A DNA stretch of 64,000 bases from Alphaproteobacteria bacterium (GTDB lineage: Bacteria; Pseudomonadota; Alphaproteobacteria; GCA-2731375). The position numbers and the translations under genes are program-made. Below the pieces are notes generated by a model, which saw only the letters and a program-made list of their open reading frames with translations, was not told where the DNA came from and ran no database searches. The stretch is from contig CBDDBZ010000018.1 in the NCBI GenBank assembly GCA_965225945.1, forward strand, positions 1 through 64,000. The letters are read 5' to 3'. Of the stretch, positions 11,754 through 21,320 are shown in pieces (the first letter of the stretch is position 1; each line of letters opens with the position of its first letter).

Positions 11754-12929
11754 ATGATCGACTTCGAACCGCCGCCCGAGTTGGCGCGATTGCGCGAGCG
11801 GACACAGCGCTTCATCGCCGAGGAGATTATGCCCATGGAGGGCGATCCCCGCGAGGGCGCGCATGGCCCCGACGACGATCTGAGGGCGGAGCTGGTGGCC
11901 AAGGGTCGCGCGGCGGGCCTGTTGAGCCCGCATTGCGGGGTCGATTTCGGCGGCCTCGGCCTCGGTCATATCGGCAAGGCGGTGGTCTTCGAGGAGGCCG
12001 GCTATTCCACCCTCGGCCTGCACGCGCTCAACATCTCGGCGCCCGACGAGGCCAACATGCACCTGCTGGAGATCGTCGCCGACGCGGATCAGAAGGAGCG
12101 TTATCTCCGCCCGCTCGTCGCCGGCGAGGTCCGCTCGGCCTTTTCGATGACCGAGCCGGGGGGCGCCGGCTCCGACCCCTCGATGCTCCAGACCACCGCC
12201 AGGCAGGACGGCGATGACTACGTCATCAACGGGCGCAAGTGGCTGATCACCGGGATCGTCGGCGCCGCCTTCCAGATCGTCATGGCCAAGACCCTCGACG
12301 CCCGGGGGCGCGATCTCGGGGCCACCATGTTCCTGTTCGACGCCGATGCCCCCGGCTGCGAGGTGGTTCGCGTGCTGGAGACCATGGACAGCAACCTCAC
12401 CGGCGGCCATTCGATCGTCGACTACAACGACGTCCGGGTGCCGAAGGAATGCGTCCTGGGCGAGCTCGGCCAGGGCTTCCGCTACGCCCAGGTGCGCCTG
12501 GCGCCGGCCCGCCTCACCCATTGCATGCGCTGGCTGGGCCAGGCCCGGCGCTGCCACGACGTCGCCATTGATTACGCCCGCGAGCGCCATGCCTTCGGCA
12601 AGCCGATCGGCGAGCACGAGGGCGTCGGCTTCCAGCTCGCCGACAACCAGATGGACCTCCACGTCTCGCGCCTGGCGATCTGGCACGCGGCCTGGGTGCT
12701 GGACAAGGGCGAGCGGGGCGGGACCGAGAGCTCCATGGCCAAGGTGCTTTGCTCGGAGGCGCTGGGCCGCGTCGTCGACCGCTCGGTCCAGGTGCTGGGC
12801 GGTACCGGGATCACCGGCGAAACGGTGGTGCAGAAGATCTACAAGGACATCCGCGCCTTCCGGATCTACGACGGCCCCTCGGAAGTACATCGCTGGGCGC
12901 TGGCCCGGCGCTTGCTTCGCGCCAACTAG
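11754..12929 (+). CDS. Acyl-CoA dehydrogenase
   Basis: AFSMTEPGGAGSDP, INGRKWLITG, RHAFGKPI, RIYDGPSEVH. Confidence 0.92.
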   Translation: MIDFEPPPELARLRERTQRFIAEEIMPMEGDPREGAHGPDDDLRAELVAKGRAAGLLSPHCGVDFGGLGLGHIGKAVVFEEAGYSTLGLHALNISAPDEANMHLLEIVADADQKERYLRPLVAGEVRSAFSMTEPGGAGSDPSMLQTTARQDGDDYVINGRKWLITGIVGAAFQIVMAKTLDARGRDLGATMFLFDADAPGCEVVRVLETMDSNLTGGHSIVDYNDVRVPKECVLGELGQGFRYAQVRLAPARLTHCMRWLGQARRCHDVAIDYARERHAFGKPIGEHEGVGFQLADNQMDLHVSRLAIWHAAWVLDKGERGGTESSMAKVLCSEALGRVVDRSVQVLGGTGITGETVVQKIYKDIRAFRIYDGPSEVHRWALARRLLRAN

Positions 12930-12934
12930 CCCGC

Positions 12935-13129
12935 TCAGTCGGCGCTCGCGCGAATCAGCCAGACCACCAGCACGCCGATCCCGACGGCGACCGCGCCGCC
13001 GATCCGCAAAACCTCCAGCGGCTGGGCGAGGGCGAACATCATCGCCCGCTTCATAGTCTCGGGAAACAGCGCGTAAAGCGCGCCCTCGATCACCAGAACC
13101 AGCGCGAACGCGGTCAAAAAGTCGCGCAT
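12935..13129 (-). CDS. DUF2065 (YjeT) small membrane protein
   Basis: LVLVIEGALYALFP motif, in its usual position after hflC. Confidence 0.88.
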   Translation of the reverse strand: MRDFLTAFALVLVIEGALYALFPETMKRAMMFALAQPLEVLRIGGAVAVGIGVLVVWLIRASAD

Positions 13130-13168
13130 CGAGACCTGCTCGCGCGGGCCGGCGGAGCGAGGCCGCGC

Positions 13169-14038
13169 CTAGTCGGCACCACCTTTGAGATCGCCGAAGT
13201 AGCGGAAGAAGTCGCTGTCCGGCCTGAGTACGAGGGTGGTGTCGTCGTCGTTCATCGCTTTGCGATAGGCCTGGAGCGAGCGGTAGAAGCGGAAGAACTC
13301 CGGGTCCTTCTGATAGGCCTCGGCATAGATCCGGTTCCGCGTGGCGTCGCCGTCGCCGCGCAGGATCTGCGCCGCGCGCTGCCCCTCCGCCACCAGCACC
13401 ACCTTCTGCCGGTCGGCGTCGGCCTTGATCTTCTGGCTTTCCTCCGCGCCCCGGGCCCGGAACTCTTTCGCTTCCCGCTCACGCTCGGCGTTCATCCGAC
13501 GGTAGATCGCGTTGGAGTTCTCTTCCGGCAGGTCGGCCCGCTTGATCCTGACGTCGACGATCTCGATGCCGAACTTGGCCGCCTCCGTGTTCACCAAGTC
13601 GGTGATTCGGCGCATCAGCTCGCGCCGCTCGCCCGACAACACGATCTGCAGCTCGACGGTGGCGATCACCTGGCGAAGCGTCGAGTTGATGATGGTGGCG
13701 AGCCGGGTGCGGGCCCCGTTCTCGTCTCTGACGGTGGTGTAAAAGCGCAGCGGATTCACGATCTTGTAACGCGAGTAGGCGTCGACCACGATCCGCTTCT
13801 TGTCGGAGGCGATCACCTCCTCCTTCGGCGCGTCGAAATCGAGGATCCGACGCTCGATGAAGATCACGTTCTCGACCAGCGGGATCTTGAATTGCAGCCC
13901 CGGTTCGGTAATCTCTCGGCGCGGGTCGCCGAACATCAGGACGATGGCCTGTTCCGTCATGGTCACCGTGAACAGCGAGCCGTAGCCGACGATGCCCAGG
14001 ACGATCAACAGCGCGGCGCCGATGAGCTTGAGCATCAC
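13169..14038 (-). CDS. hflC: FtsH modulator HflC
   Basis: SPFH domain with DVRIKRADLP, RMNAERER and EFFRFYRSLQAY. Confidence 0.95.
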   Translation of the reverse strand: MMLKLIGAALLIVLGIVGYGSLFTVTMTEQAIVLMFGDPRREITEPGLQFKIPLVENVIFIERRILDFDAPKEEVIASDKKRIVVDAYSRYKIVNPLRFYTTVRDENGARTRLATIINSTLRQVIATVELQIVLSGERRELMRRITDLVNTEAAKFGIEIVDVRIKRADLPEENSNAIYRRMNAEREREAKEFRARGAEESQKIKADADRQKVVLVAEGQRAAQILRGDGDATRNRIYAEAYQKDPEFFRFYRSLQAYRKAMNDDDTTLVLRPDSDFFRYFGDLKGGAD

Positions 14039-15135
14039 TGACTCCCTCCCTCGCCCTTCGCGCGTTTCTGGATCTCCGGCAACGGCAGATAGGGGATCAC
14101 GCCACTTTGCCCGCCCTCGCTATCGATCAACACCTTGTTCATGCCGGCGAGCACTTCCTCCATGGTCTCGAGATACATGCGCTGGCGGGTGACGTCCTTG
14201 GCGAGGACGTATTCATTGTAGATGGAGATGAATCGGGCGCTCTCACCCTCGGCCTCGGCGACGATCTGCTCCTTGTAGCCCTCGGCCTCCAGCCGGATCA
14301 TCTCGGCCTCGCCCCGTGCCCTCGGGACCACGTCGTTGGCGTAGGACTGCGCCTCGTTTTGCATCCGCTCCATGTCGGCGCGCGCGGCCTGGACATCGCG
14401 GTAGGCGGCGATCACCGCGTCGGGCGGATCCGCCTTCTCCATCTTGACGCGGATCACCTCGATGCCGGACTCGTAGTCGTCGAGGGTATCCTGCACGATT
14501 TTGCGCGCATCGGCCTCGACGGTGGCGCGATTCTCGGCTACCACGTCGTCGAACTTGCTGCGGCCCACCACTTCGCGCATGGCGCTCTCGGCCACCGCCT
14601 TGACGGTGTCGTCGGGGTTGCGGATGCGGAACAGGTAAAGCCCGGCATCCTTGATCCGCCAGAACACGGCGAAATCGATATCGACGATGTTCTCGTCGCC
14701 GGTCAGCATCAGACTTTCCACCGGCACGTCGCGCTTGGCACTGGTGCGCCCGGCGGCCGAGGTGTCGATGAAGCCGATGTTGACTTGGTTTTCACGCGTC
14801 ACCTTCGGCGTCAGCACGTTCTGGATCGGCGACGGCCAGTGATAGTGCAGGCCGGGTAGCGTGGTCTTGTAATACTTCCCGAACATCAACTCCACGCCCT
14901 GCTCGTCCGGGCCCACCCGGTAGACGCCCGAGAACGCCCAGACGGACAGCAAAATGACGAGCACCACGAGCAGGCCGATACCGCCGCCCAAGCGGCCGGG
15001 AAGCCCGCCCCGCAGCTTGTCTTGGCCACGCCGGAGCAACTCCTCCAGGTTCGGCGGCTGCGGACCGCCGCCACCGGAACCGGTTCCCCACGGGCCCTGT
15101 CCGCCACCGCCGCCTCCTTGATCATTCCAAGGCAT
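14035..15135 (-). CDS. hflK: FtsH modulator HflK
   Basis: MPWNDQGGG..GPWG N-terminus, MLTGDENIVDIDF, TRQRMYLETME. Confidence 0.95.
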   Translation of the reverse strand: MPWNDQGGGGGGQGPWGTGSGGGGPQPPNLEELLRRGQDKLRGGLPGRLGGGIGLLVVLVILLSVWAFSGVYRVGPDEQGVELMFGKYYKTTLPGLHYHWPSPIQNVLTPKVTRENQVNIGFIDTSAAGRTSAKRDVPVESLMLTGDENIVDIDFAVFWRIKDAGLYLFRIRNPDDTVKAVAESAMREVVGRSKFDDVVAENRATVEADARKIVQDTLDDYESGIEVIRVKMEKADPPDAVIAAYRDVQAARADMERMQNEAQSYANDVVPRARGEAEMIRLEAEGYKEQIVAEAEGESARFISIYNEYVLAKDVTRQRMYLETMEEVLAGMNKVLIDSEGGQSGVIPYLPLPEIQKRAKGEGGSQ

Positions 15136-15340
15136 CGAATCGATCCTCTCTCAGTATCGTCTTCGGGAAAAGCAGCCGCGCGCGCCACCCGCTTTGCGCC
15201 TCAGGCCCGCGTGCGTTATATGACAAGCGCAGAGTCCACGCAATGTCGAGTCCACGCAAGGGAACTCGCGCCCGCCCGTCGCCCGAACCCTCGGCCGACG
15301 CGCCGTCGGACCGCTCCCTCATTATGGAAAGACCCGCGCC

Positions 15341-16453
15341 ATGGCACAAGTCGAGGAACGAGATGTCCTTCGGACCCTGAGCTCGATCCGACACCCGACG
15401 CGCGACGGCGACCTGGTCTCGCTGGGCATGGTCACCGGGGTGGTGGTGCGCGACGGCAACGTCGGATTTTCGCTCGAGATCGATCCCGCCGAGGCCGAGG
15501 CGATGGAACCGGTGCGCCGGGCCGCGGAAGCGGCGGTCGCCGCCGTGGCGGGGGTGGTCTCGGTGACGGCGGCGCTGACCGCACACCGGCCGAGCGCCCC
15601 GCAACCGCCCAGAGCGGCCCCGCCGCCGCCCGCCGGGCAAGCGCCGGCGGGGGCCGCGATGCTGCCGGAGGTCGGCGCCATCGTCGCGGTCGCCTCGGGC
15701 AAGGGCGGCGTCGGCAAGTCGACGACGGCCGTCAACATCGCCTGCGGCCTCGCGCGCCTGGGCCATCGCGTCGGCCTGCTGGACGCCGACATCTACGGCC
15801 CCTCGATCCCCCGCATGCTCGGCCTCTCCGGTCGTCCCTCGACCGACGGCCGCATTCTCCAGCCGATGCGGGCGCACGGCATCGCCTGCATGTCGATCGG
15901 CTTTTTGGTGGAGGAAGACACGCCGATGATCTGGCGCGGGCCGATGGTGATGGGCGCGCTCGAGCAATTGATGCGCGACGTCGCCTGGGGCCCGCTCGAC
16001 ATCATGGTGGTGGACATGCCGCCGGGCACCGGCGATGCCCAGCTCACCATGGCGCAGCGGGTGCCGCTGGCCGGCGCGGTGATCGTCTCGACGCCGCAGG
16101 ACATCGCCCTGATCGACGCCCGCAAGGGCCTCAATATGTTTCGCAAGGTCGATGTCCCGGTATTGGGGCTGGTCGAGAACATGAGCTACTTCGCCTGCCC
16201 CCATTGTGGCGAGCGAACGGAGATCTTCGGCCACGGTGGCGCCCGTGCCACGGCCGAGGAACTCGGCATGGACTTCCTCGGCGAGGTGGCGCTGCAGCTC
16301 GCGATCCGCGAGACCTCGGATGCCGGCACGCCGATCGTCGCGACCCGGCCCGACGGCGCCGAGGCCCGCGCCTACATGGCCATCGCCGAGGCCGTGGCGG
16401 GCAAGCTCGGCGCCGGCGTCGGCCGGGCCGCGCCCAGAATCGTCGTCTGTTGA
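15341..16453 (+). CDS. apbC: Mrp/ApbC Fe-S cluster carrier ATPase
   Basis: ASGKGGVGKST, DADIYGPS, DMPPGTGD, ENMSYFACPHC. Confidence 0.95.
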   Translation: MAQVEERDVLRTLSSIRHPTRDGDLVSLGMVTGVVVRDGNVGFSLEIDPAEAEAMEPVRRAAEAAVAAVAGVVSVTAALTAHRPSAPQPPRAAPPPPAGQAPAGAAMLPEVGAIVAVASGKGGVGKSTTAVNIACGLARLGHRVGLLDADIYGPSIPRMLGLSGRPSTDGRILQPMRAHGIACMSIGFLVEEDTPMIWRGPMVMGALEQLMRDVAWGPLDIMVVDMPPGTGDAQLTMAQRVPLAGAVIVSTPQDIALIDARKGLNMFRKVDVPVLGLVENMSYFACPHCGERTEIFGHGGARATAEELGMDFLGEVALQLAIRETSDAGTPIVATRPDGAEARAYMAIAEAVAGKLGAGVGRAAPRIVVC

Positions 16454-16466
16454 GGAGGCGAGCGCC

Positions 16467-17354
16467 ATGAAGACGCTCATCTTCGGCGATACCACGGTGG
16501 AACGGCTGGTGGAGGCGGAGGGGCCGAGCTTCTTCCCCGCCTTCATCCTGCCCGGCAGCGACGAAGCGGCGCTGGCCGCCGAGATGGACTGGCTGCTGCC
16601 GCATTTCCATCACCCCGAGACCGGGCGCTTCCTGATGAGCCTCCACACTTACGTCGTCCGCACGCCGCATCACACCATCCTGGTCGACACCTGCATCGGC
16701 AACGACAAGGAGCGGCCCTCGACCAAGCCCTGGCACCGCCTGCAAACGCCTTGGCTCGACGACCTCGCTGCCATGGGCGTGGCGCCGGAAGCGGTGGACT
16801 TCGTGCTCTGCACCCACCTCCACGTCGACCACGTGGGCTGGAACACCCGCCTCGTCGACGGCCGCTGGGTGCCGACCTTCCCCAACGCGCGCTACATCTT
16901 CTCCAAGGCCGAGTACTCGCACTGGGAAGCCGAGGCGGCTGGCGAGGTGGGCGCGGCCGGCCGCTCCGGCGCCGTCGACGATTGTTTCGCCGACAGCGTG
17001 CTGCCGGTGGTGGAGGCGGGCCGGGTCGACTTCGTCGAGGGCGACCACGCAATCGACGATCAACTCTCGATCGAGCCCTCCCCCGGCCACACGCCGGGAC
17101 ACGTCTGCCTGAACCTCGCCGGCGGCGGGCGGCGCGCGGTCTTCAGCGGCGACCTGATGCATCACCCCGTGCAGTGCGCCTACCCGGAATGGAACAGCCG
17201 GTTCTGCGTCGATCCGGCGCTGTCGCGGGCGACGCGGGAGGCCTTCGTCGAGCGCCACGCCGAGACCGACACGACCATCCTCGCCGCCCACTTCGCGGCG
17301 CCCACGGCGGGCCGCATCGCCGCCAACGGCCAGCGGCGCAAGTTCCAGGTATAG
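16467..17354 (+). CDS. MBL-fold metallo-hydrolase
   Basis: CTHLHVDHVGWNT, PGHTPGH, GDLMHHP. GAGGAGG RBS. Confidence 0.9.
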   Translation: MKTLIFGDTTVERLVEAEGPSFFPAFILPGSDEAALAAEMDWLLPHFHHPETGRFLMSLHTYVVRTPHHTILVDTCIGNDKERPSTKPWHRLQTPWLDDLAAMGVAPEAVDFVLCTHLHVDHVGWNTRLVDGRWVPTFPNARYIFSKAEYSHWEAEAAGEVGAAGRSGAVDDCFADSVLPVVEAGRVDFVEGDHAIDDQLSIEPSPGHTPGHVCLNLAGGGRRAVFSGDLMHHPVQCAYPEWNSRFCVDPALSRATREAFVERHAETDTTILAAHFAAPTAGRIAANGQRRKFQV

Positions 17355-17490
17355 CGTGCGGCCTCGAGCTCAGAGCATGATCCGACCCTATGGAAACGTT
17401 TGATGGCGGCAAATCGGCCTCTGGGGTGCGCCCGGCCGCTTGCCCGATGCCCCGCATCGCGCGGCCGAATCCGTTTCGCAAAAACGCCCT

Positions 17491-17700
17491 TATACCGCTG
17501 ACCCCATGATGTGATTCTTGGGGGATTCCCTCGAAGCGGATTTTGTGATTCTCTCACCCAGACACAATATGTAGTGGGATCGAGATGGTTGCACGCAAGA
17601 TACGGGATGATATGACGGCGGATGAGCTTCGGCGCTGGGCCCGCGCCTCGGCCCGGGGTCGGGCGGCGGCGCGGGCCTACGCGATCGCCAACGCCATCAT
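17491..17700 (+). mobile_element. IS630-family remnant (left end plus truncated transposase N-terminus from 17585)
   Basis: MVARKIRDDMTADELRRWARASARGRAAARAYAIANA resembles alphaproteobacterial IS630 transposase starts. The region begins TATACC and has three GATTC sites. Right boundary approximate. Confidence 0.7.
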
Positions 17701-17807
17701 CGAAGCCCGCCGCGCCTCGGGGAACAAACGCCTCGCCGAAGAGAACCGAAGCCAATCTCCATGCGCGTAACCCTGGATCATGGAGATCAGTTCATGGACC
17801 CGCCGCC

Positions 17808-19202
17808 CTAATCGTCGAGACCCTCCATCGCCGCCAGCTCGCCGACGGTGAGCGGCGTCACCGGCGGGCGGAGGCGGAAATAATCGCCTTCTCGCCACTC
17901 GCGCCCCTCCCGCGCGGCGATCATGCGCGCGATCGTGGGCCCGCACATCCGCGCCTGGCACGGCCCCATGCCGGCGCGAAGAAAGGCCTTCAACTGATTG
18001 GGGCCCGGCACGCCGAGGGCGAGGACGCGGCGGATCTCGCCGGCCGTCAGCACCTCGCAGCGGCAAACGATCGTGGCGTCGTCAGCCGGCGTCAGGATCC
18101 AATCGGGGGAACGATAGAGCCGGTCGAGAAAGGCCTGCGGCTTGGCTGCCCGGGCGATCTCGCGCCGCGCCGCTTCCCGCCCGTCCCGCGCCGCCGCCTC
18201 GCTGGTCTTGGAGAGGCGCAAGCCCGCGCCGAGCGCCGCCCACCGGCCCAGCGCCGGCGCCGCCTTGGCGCCGAATATCTGGGCCGCGTCGCCGGCGACA
18301 GCGATGCCGGGCACGGACGTTCGGAGCCAAACGTCGCGGGCCGCGATCGCATAGCCGAGTTCCGGGTCCACCGCGTGCTCGGCACCCGCCGCCCGACTGA
18401 GCTGCAGGTTCGGCGCGATCCCTTCGTGCAGCAGCAACACCTCGGCCTCCCTCCGCCCCTCGCGGCCGCCCCGGCGATAGCCGACGGCCCGCAGCCGATC
18501 CTCGCCTTCTGCGCGGAGCTCCGTCACCTGCTCGACGAAGGCGATGCCGGCCCGCTTGAGCGCGCGAATCCACCCCAAGCCCTTGGCGATGTCCGGGTTG
18601 CCGATCAGGCGACACGCGGCGGGAAGCGCCCGCCACAGGTTGCGCCTCGGGCTGGTGCGCAGGATGGCGCGGAGATCGACCCCGGCCTCGACGAGCTGGA
18701 GAGCGAGCAATATCAGCAGCGGCCCGCCGCCCGCCAGGATCACGCGGCCTTCCGGCACCATGTCGGAGGCCTTGAGCAGGGTTTGCGCCGCCCCCGCCGA
18801 CATGACGCCGGGAAGGGTCCAGCCGGGGATCGGCACCGGCCGCTCCATCGCACCCGTAGCGAGGATGATCTCCCGGGCCCGCAGCCGCGTGGCGACGCCG
18901 TCGCACACGATGCCGAGCGCGCCGGTCCCGACCTCGAACACGGAGGTGAGCGGGCGATAGTCGACGCCACTCGCCCGGAAGGCCTCGACCAGCGGCAGGC
19001 CGGCCGCGTAATCCGCGCCCAGGACCGAGAGATCGCCCGGCCGGTCGCGCTGAACGCCCTCGATATTGCGGTAGATCTGCCCGCCGGGCGCCGCCTGTGG
19101 GTCCAGCACCACCGGCTCCAGGCCCAGGCGGGCCGCCTCCACCGCCGCCGCCATGCCGGCGGGCCCGGCGCCGACGATGGCGAGATCGACGATCCCGCTC
19201 AT
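17808..19202 (-). CDS. FAD/NAD(P)-dependent oxidoreductase with BFD-like 2Fe-2S domain (OoxA/HcnB-like)
   Basis: IVGAGPAG, ATGAMERPVPIPGWTLPGV, CRCE...GMGPCQARMC. Confidence 0.88.
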   Translation of the reverse strand: MSGIVDLAIVGAGPAGMAAAVEAARLGLEPVVLDPQAAPGGQIYRNIEGVQRDRPGDLSVLGADYAAGLPLVEAFRASGVDYRPLTSVFEVGTGALGIVCDGVATRLRAREIILATGAMERPVPIPGWTLPGVMSAGAAQTLLKASDMVPEGRVILAGGGPLLILLALQLVEAGVDLRAILRTSPRRNLWRALPAACRLIGNPDIAKGLGWIRALKRAGIAFVEQVTELRAEGEDRLRAVGYRRGGREGRREAEVLLLHEGIAPNLQLSRAAGAEHAVDPELGYAIAARDVWLRTSVPGIAVAGDAAQIFGAKAAPALGRWAALGAGLRLSKTSEAAARDGREAARREIARAAKPQAFLDRLYRSPDWILTPADDATIVCRCEVLTAGEIRRVLALGVPGPNQLKAFLRAGMGPCQARMCGPTIARMIAAREGREWREGDYFRLRPPVTPLTVGELAAMEGLDD

Positions 19203-19489
19203 CTGGCCGCCACCGGCTTGCCGCGCATCCGGCGGAGGCGCATGCCGTCGCGAACCGGGACCAGGCAGCCCTGACGATTGGCGACGCCGTCGATCTCCAC
19301 CAGGCATTCGAAACAGTTGCCGATCATGCAGAAGGGCGCCCGGCCGGAGCCGTCGACGCCATGGCGGCGATACTCGCCCCCCGCCGCCAACAGCACCGCC
19401 GCGACACTGTCCCCCGCCGCCGCCCGGACGGCTGTGTCGTCCAGGTGGACGGTGACGGCGCCTTTCGGTTCAGCCCGTCGCCTGAACAT
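19199..19489 (-). CDS. 2Fe-2S subunit (HcnA-like)
   Basis: GDSVAAVLL and PFCMIGNCFECLVEIDG...GC. Overlaps both neighbours. Confidence 0.88.
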   Translation of the reverse strand: MFRRRAEPKGAVTVHLDDTAVRAAAGDSVAAVLLAAGGEYRRHGVDGSGRAPFCMIGNCFECLVEIDGVANRQGCLVPVRDGMRLRRMRGKPVAAR

Positions 19490-20591
19490 CGAACCTGGCC
19501 GAGGAAAACCCCCGGATCTCGTCGCCGAGGCGGCCCTCGGAGAAGTATTTGGCCAAGAGGAGGGCGTGTGCGGCCGCCGTGGTGACGCCACTATGGCCGG
19601 TCGCGACGTAGATCCCCGGGTGTTGGGGGGATTCGTCGTAGATCGGGAAGCCGTCCGGCGTCATCACCCGAAGCCCGGCCCAGGTCCGCACCACGCGAAG
19701 CGCGGCGAGGAACGGAAAGGCCCGGACATTGCGGGCGGCGATTTGCTTCAAGACGGCGGCATCGGTGGCGATGTCGAAGCCGACCTCGGCTTGGCTGGCG
19801 CCCAGCATGAAGGTTCCCTCGGCTGTCTGCTTGACGTTGAGGGTCGGCAGCGCCAGCAGCGGGTCGACCCGTTCGGTGACGATCACCTGACCTTGCACCG
19901 GGCGGACCGGCACCTCGAGCCCGACCATGGCCGCGAGGTCCCGGGTGCCGAGACCGGCGGCGAGGACGACCCGATCGGCCAGGTGCGCGCCGCCGTCCTC
20001 GGTCACGACGCGGTAGGTGCCGGCGGGCGTCGCCTCGATCTCGACCACATGGGCACCGGCGACGTAGCGACCGCCATGCTTCAGGTGCGCCGCGTGCAAT
20101 GCGTGCAGCAGCAGAAGCGAGTTGGTCTCGCCGTCGTGCGCGCTGTAAGTCCCGCCCACGACCTCGGGCCCGAGACCGGGGAGCATGTTGTCGAGGCGGG
20201 TCCGCTCCACCACCTCGAAGTCGAACGCGCCCTCCGGCGCCTCGTCGCGAATTCGCGCGAGCTGGGCGACCTGTTCCTCCAGCTCCGCCTCGTTCAACGC
20301 CAAGGTGACGCCGCCCGGGCGGTGATAGGCACAGTCGACGCCGGTCTCCTCCTCGAGCTCGGCGCTAAATTCCTCGTAGAGCGCGGCGGAGCGACGCGAC
20401 CAGGCGGCATAATCGGGCTTGCCGGGCCCCTTGCTCTGCACCCAGACCAGGCCGAAGTTGGCGCGAGAGGCGCGAAAGGCGTCGTCGGCCCCGTCCACCA
20501 TGGTGACCGCGTGGCCCAGCCGCCCCAGGCCATGGGCGATCGCCGCGCCGACAATACCACCGCCGATGACGAGAAAATCGGCCCCGCTCAC
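19470..20591 (-). CDS. DAO-family FAD oxidoreductase (OoxB/HcnC-like)
   Basis: GTG start, VIGGGIVG, ASRANFGLVWVQ, RTWAGLRVMTPDG, GHSGVT. Confidence 0.88.
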   Translation of the reverse strand: MSGADFLVIGGGIVGAAIAHGLGRLGHAVTMVDGADDAFRASRANFGLVWVQSKGPGKPDYAAWSRRSAALYEEFSAELEEETGVDCAYHRPGGVTLALNEAELEEQVAQLARIRDEAPEGAFDFEVVERTRLDNMLPGLGPEVVGGTYSAHDGETNSLLLLHALHAAHLKHGGRYVAGAHVVEIEATPAGTYRVVTEDGGAHLADRVVLAAGLGTRDLAAMVGLEVPVRPVQGQVIVTERVDPLLALPTLNVKQTAEGTFMLGASQAEVGFDIATDAAVLKQIAARNVRAFPFLAALRVVRTWAGLRVMTPDGFPIYDESPQHPGIYVATGHSGVTTAAAHALLLAKYFSEGRLGDEIRGFSSARFDVQATG

Positions 20592-20607
20592 AGCGCCGGC
20601 TCCGGGC

Positions 20608-21297
20608 TCAGTAGCGCTCGACCCAGGGCCTGAGCTCGACCTCCCAGGTCCAGGCGCTGCGATGCTGGGCGTGGGTCTGGTAGTAAGTCTCGGCGATCGC
20701 GTCGGGATCGAGCCGGGAATCAGCCCCGTCCCGGCCGATGCCGCCGTCGATGATGAAGTGGGCGACGTGGATCCCCTCCGGCGCCAGCTCACGGGCCATG
20801 GATTCGGCGAGCGCGCGAAGCCCATATTTGCCGACCGCGAAGCCGCTCGAGCCGGCATAGCTCTTCACGCTCGCGGTGGCGCCGGTGAAGAGGATGGTGC
20901 CCTCGCCCCTCGGCTTCATCCGTCGCGTCGCCTCCCGCCCCAGCAGGAAGCCGCCGTGGCAGCAGCGCATCCAGGCCTCGATGAACTCGTCGTTGCCGAT
21001 CTCGGCGACACCCTTCCGGACCCGCCCGCTGGCGTTGTAAACGGCCACGGTGAGCGGCCCCAGTTCGGCCTCCACCCGCTCGACCAGGGCGACGACGCTG
21101 GCTTCGTCGGTTCCGTCGCAGGCATAGCCCCGGGCGGTACCGCCGGCGGCCTCGATTTCGCCGATGTGCGAATCGACCTTGCCCGGCGTTCTGGCGGCGA
21201 GCGCCACCGCGTAACCGGCGCTTGCGAATCTGCGGCCGATCGCCGCGCCCAAGCCCGGCCCGACGCCGACCACCAGGCAGCTTTTCCCTTCCGACAT
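20608..21297 (-). CDS. Short-chain dehydrogenase/reductase
   Basis: GVGPGLG, FTGATAS, HVAHFIIDG, WTWEVELRP. Confidence 0.9.
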   Translation of the reverse strand: MSEGKSCLVVGVGPGLGAAIGRRFASAGYAVALAARTPGKVDSHIGEIEAAGGTARGYACDGTDEASVVALVERVEAELGPLTVAVYNASGRVRKGVAEIGNDEFIEAWMRCCHGGFLLGREATRRMKPRGEGTILFTGATASVKSYAGSSGFAVGKYGLRALAESMARELAPEGIHVAHFIIDGGIGRDGADSRLDPDAIAETYYQTHAQHRSAWTWEVELRPWVERY

Positions 21298-21320
21298 GGT
21301 GTTTCCCCCGCCCTGAACTT

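Noticed and set aside
17468-17480. 13-mer AATCCGTTTCGCA shared with 55825-55837
   Set aside because: A 13-bp match between two sites is expected by chance in 64 kb, and it does not extend.
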